Shown here: positions 57,120 through 61,606 of the stretch, piece after piece
Position numbering within the stretch: the stretch's first letter is position 1
How the letters are laid out: every line of letters begins with the position of its first letter
From: a bacterium
GTDB lineage: Bacteria > Verrucomicrobiota > Lentisphaeria > Oligosphaerales > Oligosphaeraceae
Assembly: GCA_963611685.1 (NCBI GenBank)
Contig: CAVDSU010000001.1
Location: 33,629-95,234, forward strand
DNA length: 61,606 nt
Direction of reading: 5' to 3'
Position numbers and translations under genes: made by a program
Notes under the pieces: generated by a model
Seen by the model: the letters and a program-made list of their open reading frames with translations, nothing else
Told to the model about the DNA's origin: nothing
The model's database searches: none

Positions 57120-57647
57120 TCACCGGGACTCCTGCGCATCCTCGCCAGAGGCGCCCTCCACTGCCGCGGGGGAAACCGCGGGGGCCTCGGGACTCGGACG
57201 CTTCATCTGCTTGATTTCCTGAACGAAGGCCTTGGTATCCTGGAACTTCCGATAGACGGAGGCATACCGCACGTATGCCACCTCGTCCACCTTCTTCAGG
57301 GCCTCCATGACCAGCTCGCCAATGGCGCTGGAGGGCACTTCGTCCTGGGGCAGCAGCGTCAGCCGAATGGTGATGTCCCCCACCAGGCGATCCAATACCT
57401 CCGTGCTGATATTCCGCTTCCAGCAAGCCATCCGAATGCCCTCCCGCAACTTGTCCGGAGAGAACTCCTCCCGCCGGCCATCCCGCTTCAACACGGTGGT
57501 GATGTTCACCGGAATCAGGGATTCGTGGGTAGAGAAGCGGTAGTTGCAGTTCAGGCACTGCCGACGCCGGCGGATGGTCTCCCCGTTGTTCATCACACGG
57601 GTGTCAATGACCTTGTCCTCCAGAGAATGGCACTTGGGACACAGCAT
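57120..57647 (-). CDS. nrdR: transcriptional repressor NrdR
   Basis: Zinc ribbon CPKC...CLNC, ATP-cone VLKRDGRREEFSPDKLREGI...VAYVRYASVYRKF, and a C-terminal acidic tail. Confidence 0.93.
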   Translation of the reverse strand: MLCPKCHSLEDKVIDTRVMNNGETIRRRRQCLNCNYRFSTHESLIPVNITTVLKRDGRREEFSPDKLREGIRMACWKRNISTEVLDRLVGDITIRLTLLPQDEVPSSAIGELVMEALKKVDEVAYVRYASVYRKFQDTKAFVQEIKQMKRPSPEAPAVSPAAVEGASGEDAQESR

Positions 57648-57672
57648 GATTTTCTATCGCCTCCTGACGGAT

Positions 57673-57716
57673 AAAAGAAAAAAGGCACGGGGCGCAATGG
57701 AGACGCGCCTCGTGCC
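57673..57716 (-). terminator. strong rho-independent terminator between the small basic protein gene and nrdR
   Basis: Minus strand: 12-bp stem GGCACGAGGCGC / GCGCCCCGTGCC (one G-U pair) with a 9-nt loop, followed by TTTTTTCTTTT. The tract ends only ~25 nt before the nrdR ATG. Confidence 0.7.
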
Positions 57717-57745
57717 GAAAAGCCGGAATGGAAAAGGAAGGAAGC

Positions 57746-57958
57746 CTATGCCTCGGCAGCCTTGGCCAGCATGGCCTGCACCTTCTTGGGCTCCTTCAGC
57801 AGCAGGCGGAGCTTGTCAACGGGCATCTTCTCCACCACTTCCTCGCTCATGCCAAGAGCCACCAGGCGGCGGCGCTGCACCAGGCAGCGACGGCGCTTGT
57901 CAACGCCGGTCTTGCGGGGACGGACCTCGTTCTTGTTACGGAAGGTACTGGTTGCCAT
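57746..57958 (-). CDS. small basic protein (70 aa), unassigned
   Basis: MATSTFRNKNEVRPRKTGVDKRRRCLVQRRRLVALGMSEEVVEKMPVDKLRLLLKEPKK... GGAG RBS, a promoter-like element upstream and a strong terminator downstream. Family not recognised. Confidence 0.55.
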   Translation of the reverse strand: MATSTFRNKNEVRPRKTGVDKRRRCLVQRRRLVALGMSEEVVEKMPVDKLRLLLKEPKKVQAMLAKAAEA

Positions 57959-58026
57959 AGTCGTTTTCTCCAGAAATTGAACTGTCTTTTAATGTATGAA
58001 AAGGGGTAGGATAAGGAAAGCGTCAT

Positions 58027-58054
58027 AATATAGCGACCGCAAAATGGTTTTCAA
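58027..58054 (-). promoter_or_regulatory. sigma70-like promoter candidate for the small basic protein gene
   Basis: Minus strand: TTGAAA (58049-58054), a 16-nt spacer, then TATATT (58027-58032), about 70 nt upstream of ATG 57958. Confidence 0.5.
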
Positions 58055-58382
58055 GCCCCCTCAACGCTAGAACACCCCCGACACCCCCCCGGAAACTCGC
58101 CCTCCGAATTATTCGGAAAGGGACAAAAAAAGGGAGCGCTTTCCCCATGCCAGTAAAGGGCACGGAGGGCGGGCGACAGCCCTCCCGTCCTTCGGGTCAC
58201 CCCGCGCAACTATGCTGACAGAACCCCTCTTGCCCAAAAAGGGGCCGCGCAATGCGCCGCAGGCGCTTGCCCAGAGCGCACACCATTATATTCTGAGGAT
58301 CAACTTGCCTCGAGGCGGAAACGCCCCCGTGCCCCCACACCCTTTCTTCCGTCCCTACCCTCACACGTCTCCTTTGCCCGCC

Positions 58383-61300
58383 ATGAAGCAATCGTTCCTC
58401 TCCCCACTGTTCCTATTTCTCCTTGTCGCGGCGCTCGGCCTTTCCGCCCGCGAGCTCTCCCTCAACGGCACCTGGCTGGTGCCCGACGGCGGAAGACTGA
58501 ATGTCCTCCCGAGCCCCTGGATCCTCAACGAGTGGAGCGGCTACCATCCCCTCTGCAACGTCGAGGTCGTGGTGGGCGGCGGCAAGACGGGGAACTCCCT
58601 CAAGCTCACCAACGTGACCTCCCCGCGGGGCTCCGGCATCAACAGCACCACCTATGCCGCACGCAGCGGCGACACGGTGCGCGTCTCCTTCCGCGCCCGC
58701 GGAAAGGGCAAGGCGAAATTCCAGCTCCGCTTCAGGGCCGTCGACGGCGCCTGGGTCGGCCTTCCTCCCTACGACGCGCCCTTCGTCCTCTCCGAAGAAT
58801 GGAAGAACTACACGCTTTCCCTGCCGGTGACCAACGTGAAGATCGGCGAAACCGGCGCCACGGACCTGGCCTTCGAGCTGGAGCAGAACGCCGAGATGGA
58901 GATCTCCGACCTGATGGGCGACGTAGTGGAGGGCAAATACCGCGGCGAGCTCGCCTTCCCCGATGCCTGGAAGGCCTTCGGACCCGTCGACAAGGACTTC
59001 CTGCCCACGGCAAAACAACTCACGCAGATGCCCGAGACCCTGGACGGACTCTCCCCCGTCACCGTCAAGCGCACAAACCACGTCCTGGACCTGGGGAGCC
59101 TCCTGACAAAGGCCGAAAAGTGCGCCTGGGTCTTCGCTGAGCTGAAAACCGACTTCCCCTGCACCTACACGCTGGGCGCAGGCGCCGACTGGTGGATGCA
59201 ATGCTTTGTCAACGGCGAAGAGGTCATCAATACCCTGGACGCCGGCAACGGCGAGGCGCCCTTCGACATCTCCAACCACGTGGTGGACGTCCCCCTGAAG
59301 GCCGGCACAAACCTCCTGGCGGTGAAATTCCTCCGCGGCAGCACCTCCGCCAAGCTCCACTTGGGCGGCCCCCGGGAGCTGGCAAAGCGCACCCGCAACA
59401 TGAAGTTCTCCCGCATCGCCTGGATCGAGGACTTCAATGACGCCGACGTGGAGTGCTCCGGAGACCCCCTCCTCATCACCGGATACCCCGCACCCGGACT
59501 GCTGGCGCCCACCGGACAGGGCATCTTCCAGGCCGCAGGAACCCTCGCCATCGCCCCCGCCACACAGCTCTCGACACTCCCTGAAGACCGCGACGCCTCC
59601 CGCGCCCTGGGAGTCAGAGTCCAGAACTTCGGCGAGACCGAAACCGCCGGCACTCTCTCGCTGGTCTTCCAAAATTCCGACGCCCAGGAGTTCCGACTGA
59701 ATATCCAGAACGCCCCGGGACAGGACACCCTGGCACTCACCCTGCAGGACACCGGCGCCGTCCTCCTGGAGACCACCTGCCCCAAGGATGCCCTCCCCGC
59801 CGAATTCCTGCTCGCCGGAGACGCCATGGGACGCGCCGATCTCTCCATCACCAGCCTCTCCGGCGGGGCCTCCCTCGCATACGCCCTGGACTCCAGCTTC
59901 TTCACGCAGAAAGAACCCCTCCAGGCATTCCTGGAACTCTCCGGCGACAGCTGCCAGGCCACCCTGGACAACCTCTGCCTGGGAGAGGCCCGCGAAAAGA
60001 GCCAGTACAGCACCGTGCCCTTCCTCATCACGCCACAGCAGGAATTCGACCCCGCAAAGGAGGGCTGGAAGCTGGTCTTCGAGGACGACTTCGACGGCGA
60101 CGACGTGGACAGCTCCAAGTGGAAGACCGGCTGGACGCACTCCCCGGGATACCACACCGTCAAGGACGGCATCCTCACCATCAAGTGCGACTGGACCGAC
60201 TCCTCCAAGAGCAAGCAGGGCAGCTCGTACTTCATCACCCGCGACAGCTTCCTCTACGGATACTTCGAGTGGCGCGGACGCTTCAAGACCCAGACCGGAT
60301 GGTGGTCCGCCTTCTGGCTCTACGGCGACTCCAACACGAATGCCTTCTACGACGGCTTCGAAATCGACATCTACGAAGACTACTACCTCTCGCCCCTGGA
60401 AAAGGGAAAGCCCGCACGCGGCGTATTGGACCACAACCTCCATATCCTCACCGGAGGCAACCTGAAGAGCTGGAACTACAACGGCCCCAAGCTGGAGGAC
60501 CCCAATGCCTACACCGTCATCGGCTGCAAGTGGACACCCTTCGAAATCTCCTACTACATGAACGGGAAGCTCATCCACAGCGAGGCGACACACAGCCCCT
60601 ACGACTCCGTCACCTTCGACCCCTTCAACCACGCCTGCGGACTCACCCCCCTGCGCGTCCACCTCAGCAGCCAGATCAACCGCAAGTCGACCGCCGGACC
60701 GACCTCCCTGGGCACCTACCCCGACTACTTCTACACCGATTACGTGAGGGTCTACGAATACCCCGGCGAAAACCTCCCGCAAATCGCCTGGACCCAAGTC
60801 CCCGCCCAGGAAAAGACGGTCTCCCGCGAAGGCGATGTCCTTCGCTTCTCCGCAGAGGCCGCCCCCAACGCCGACACGCAGGCGAAAATCAAGCAGGCCT
60901 ATCTCTTCGACAGCGGCTTCCTCCTGGACCACAAGAGCCAGCCGCCCTACGACTTCACCGTCCGACTCACCGAGGAATACTACAACACCACCAACTACGT
61001 GAATCCCGGACGCCAGAACATCGTGCCCGACTTCCGCGACACCCTCCACGCATTCTCCATCCTCGTGCAGGACGAACAGGGGAATGTCTCCCACACCGAG
61101 CCCTGGATCCTGGCGAAGATCCTCACCGATGACGACACCCGCCAGCACGCCGCCGCCAGCACCCCCTACTCCGGCACCCCCGCCCCCATCCCCGGAACCC
61201 TCAATCTCCCCGAATTCGACCTGGGCGGCGAAGGCGTGGCATACCATGACTCCACCACCGGGAACACCCAGGGAAGACAGGGCTTCCGCGCCAACGAAGA

Positions 61301-61606
61301 CGTGGACACCAGCAAGACCACCATCGGAAGCACCGCCTCCGGCGAATGGCTCAACTACACCGTGGAGATCGCCGAGGAGGGCGACTACCTGGCCACTCTC
61401 CACTACGGGACCCCACAGGACAATCCCACAAAAGCACTGCTCCTCCTGGACGGATACAACTACGCCGGCGAATTCACCCTCCAGAGGCGCAACGGCGATT
61501 CCAACGACTGGAGCCTCACCAAGAGCGACGCCACGACACTCCACCTGCCCGCCGGAAAGCACGTACTCAAGCTCTTCCTCCGCGCTACCTGCAACCTGAG
61601 CACCCT
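58383..61606 (+). CDS. secreted multidomain glycoside hydrolase family 16 protein with CBM-like N-terminal modules and C-terminal CBM6-like module (3' partial)
   Basis: Not in the ORF track because it has no stop inside the window. Manual translation from ATG 58383 is open to 61606. Signal peptide MKQSFLSPLFLFLLVAALGLSA. GH16 core FEDDFDG...WWSAFWLYG...FEIDIYE, with the catalytic ExDxxE at 60360-60377. C-terminal CBM6-like block IPGTLNLPEFDLGGEGVAYHD...GEWLNYTVEIAEEGDY. Confidence 0.85.
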   Translation, partial: MKQSFLSPLFLFLLVAALGLSARELSLNGTWLVPDGGRLNVLPSPWILNEWSGYHPLCNVEVVVGGGKTGNSLKLTNVTSPRGSGINSTTYAARSGDTVRVSFRARGKGKAKFQLRFRAVDGAWVGLPPYDAPFVLSEEWKNYTLSLPVTNVKIGETGATDLAFELEQNAEMEISDLMGDVVEGKYRGELAFPDAWKAFGPVDKDFLPTAKQLTQMPETLDGLSPVTVKRTNHVLDLGSLLTKAEKCAWVFAELKTDFPCTYTLGAGADWWMQCFVNGEEVINTLDAGNGEAPFDISNHVVDVPLKAGTNLLAVKFLRGSTSAKLHLGGPRELAKRTRNMKFSRIAWIEDFNDADVECSGDPLLITGYPAPGLLAPTGQGIFQAAGTLAIAPATQLSTLPEDRDASRALGVRVQNFGETETAGTLSLVFQNSDAQEFRLNIQNAPGQDTLALTLQDTGAVLLETTCPKDALPAEFLLAGDAMGRADLSITSLSGGASLAYALDSSFFTQKEPLQAFLELSGDSCQATLDNLCLGEAREKSQYSTVPFLITPQQEFDPAKEGWKLVFEDDFDGDDVDSSKWKTGWTHSPGYHTVKDGILTIKCDWTDSSKSKQGSSYFITRDSFLYGYFEWRGRFKTQTGWWSAFWLYGDSNTNAFYDGFEIDIYEDYYLSPLEKGKPARGVLDHNLHILTGGNLKSWNYNGPKLEDPNAYTVIGCKWTPFEISYYMNGKLIHSEATHSPYDSVTFDPFNHACGLTPLRVHLSSQINRKSTAGPTSLGTYPDYFYTDYVRVYEYPGENLPQIAWTQVPAQEKTVSREGDVLRFSAEAAPNADTQAKIKQAYLFDSGFLLDHKSQPPYDFTVRLTEEYYNTTNYVNPGRQNIVPDFRDTLHAFSILVQDEQGNVSHTEPWILAKILTDDDTRQHAAASTPYSGTPAPIPGTLNLPEFDLGGEGVAYHDSTTGNTQGRQGFRANEDVDTSKTTIGSTASGEWLNYTVEIAEEGDYLATLHYGTPQDNPTKALLLLDGYNYAGEFTLQRRNGDSNDWSLTKSDATTLHLPAGKHVLKLFLRATCNLST

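Noticed and set aside
58413-61562. 1049-aa minus-strand ORF, the longest ORF in the track
   Set aside because: Its composition is Gly/Val/Ala/Glu-rich and repetitive, with no recognisable domain. The opposite strand encodes a coherent signal peptide plus GH16 plus CBM6 protein. It is a classic antisense shadow ORF of GC-rich coding DNA.

Overview
This is a 61.6-kb bacterial chromosomal segment, visibly GC-rich with strong GC3 bias, and almost entirely core housekeeping genes.

**Layout**
- Left edge, minus strand: one accessory-type gene, an AlbA_2/Schlafen-like ATPase-wHTH regulator. It is followed by a ~1.07-kb gene-free, repeat-bearing, apparently decayed spacer.
- 2614-19546, plus strand: hisS, aspS, a secreted 5'-nucleotidase-like phosphoesterase, ispG, adk-map-infA-rpmJ-rpsM-rpsK-rpoA-rplQ (no rpsD), an M16C peptidase, a degenerate Gfo/Idh/MocA-like protein, rplM-rpsI and argC.
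- ~19.58 kb: a convergent bidirectional terminator.
- 19632-57958, minus strand, uninterrupted: PHP protein, pyrD, ruvC, ABC ATPase, atypical P-type ATPase, three SPFH/HflKC paralogs, groES-groEL, dnaK, U32 peptidase, proB, fabF-acpP-fabG-fabD-plsX-rpmF-yceD, dapA, queA, smpB, typA, accA, L,D-transpeptidase, DUF58, tRNA-Gly(GCC), two repeat-rich small lipoproteins, a YlxQ/L7Ae-Rossmann fusion, a CrtI-like flavoprotein, an orphan protein, nrdR and a small basic protein.
- 58383 onward, plus strand: a divergent multidomain GH16 glycoside hydrolase that runs off the right edge. It is missing from the ORF track, which shows only its antisense shadow.

**What I did not find**
I saw no CRISPR array, transposase, integrase, phage gene or recognisable defence system. 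Many long track ORFs are antisense shadows or 5'-extended versions of real genes, which is typical of GC-rich DNA.

**Best candidates for something undescribed (all hypotheses from sequence reading only)**
1. A co-directional module of three SPFH paralogs followed by a P1B-like ATPase. One paralog is fused to a polytopic membrane domain and carries a His/Asp/Glu-rich insert. The ATPase has V-P-A where the metal-binding (C/S)PC motif should be.
2. An nrdR-headed four-gene unit. It encodes an orphan protein whose N-terminus looks like a degenerate copy of the NrdR ATP-cone, a CrtI-like flavoprotein, and a YlxQ/L7Ae-like RNA-binding domain fused to only the N-terminal Rossmann half of a Gfo/Idh/MocA oxidoreductase.
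3. Two paralogous small lipoproteins built from perfect in-frame tandem DNA repeats.

A PVC-group (Verrucomicrobiota-like) origin is only a guess from gene style.
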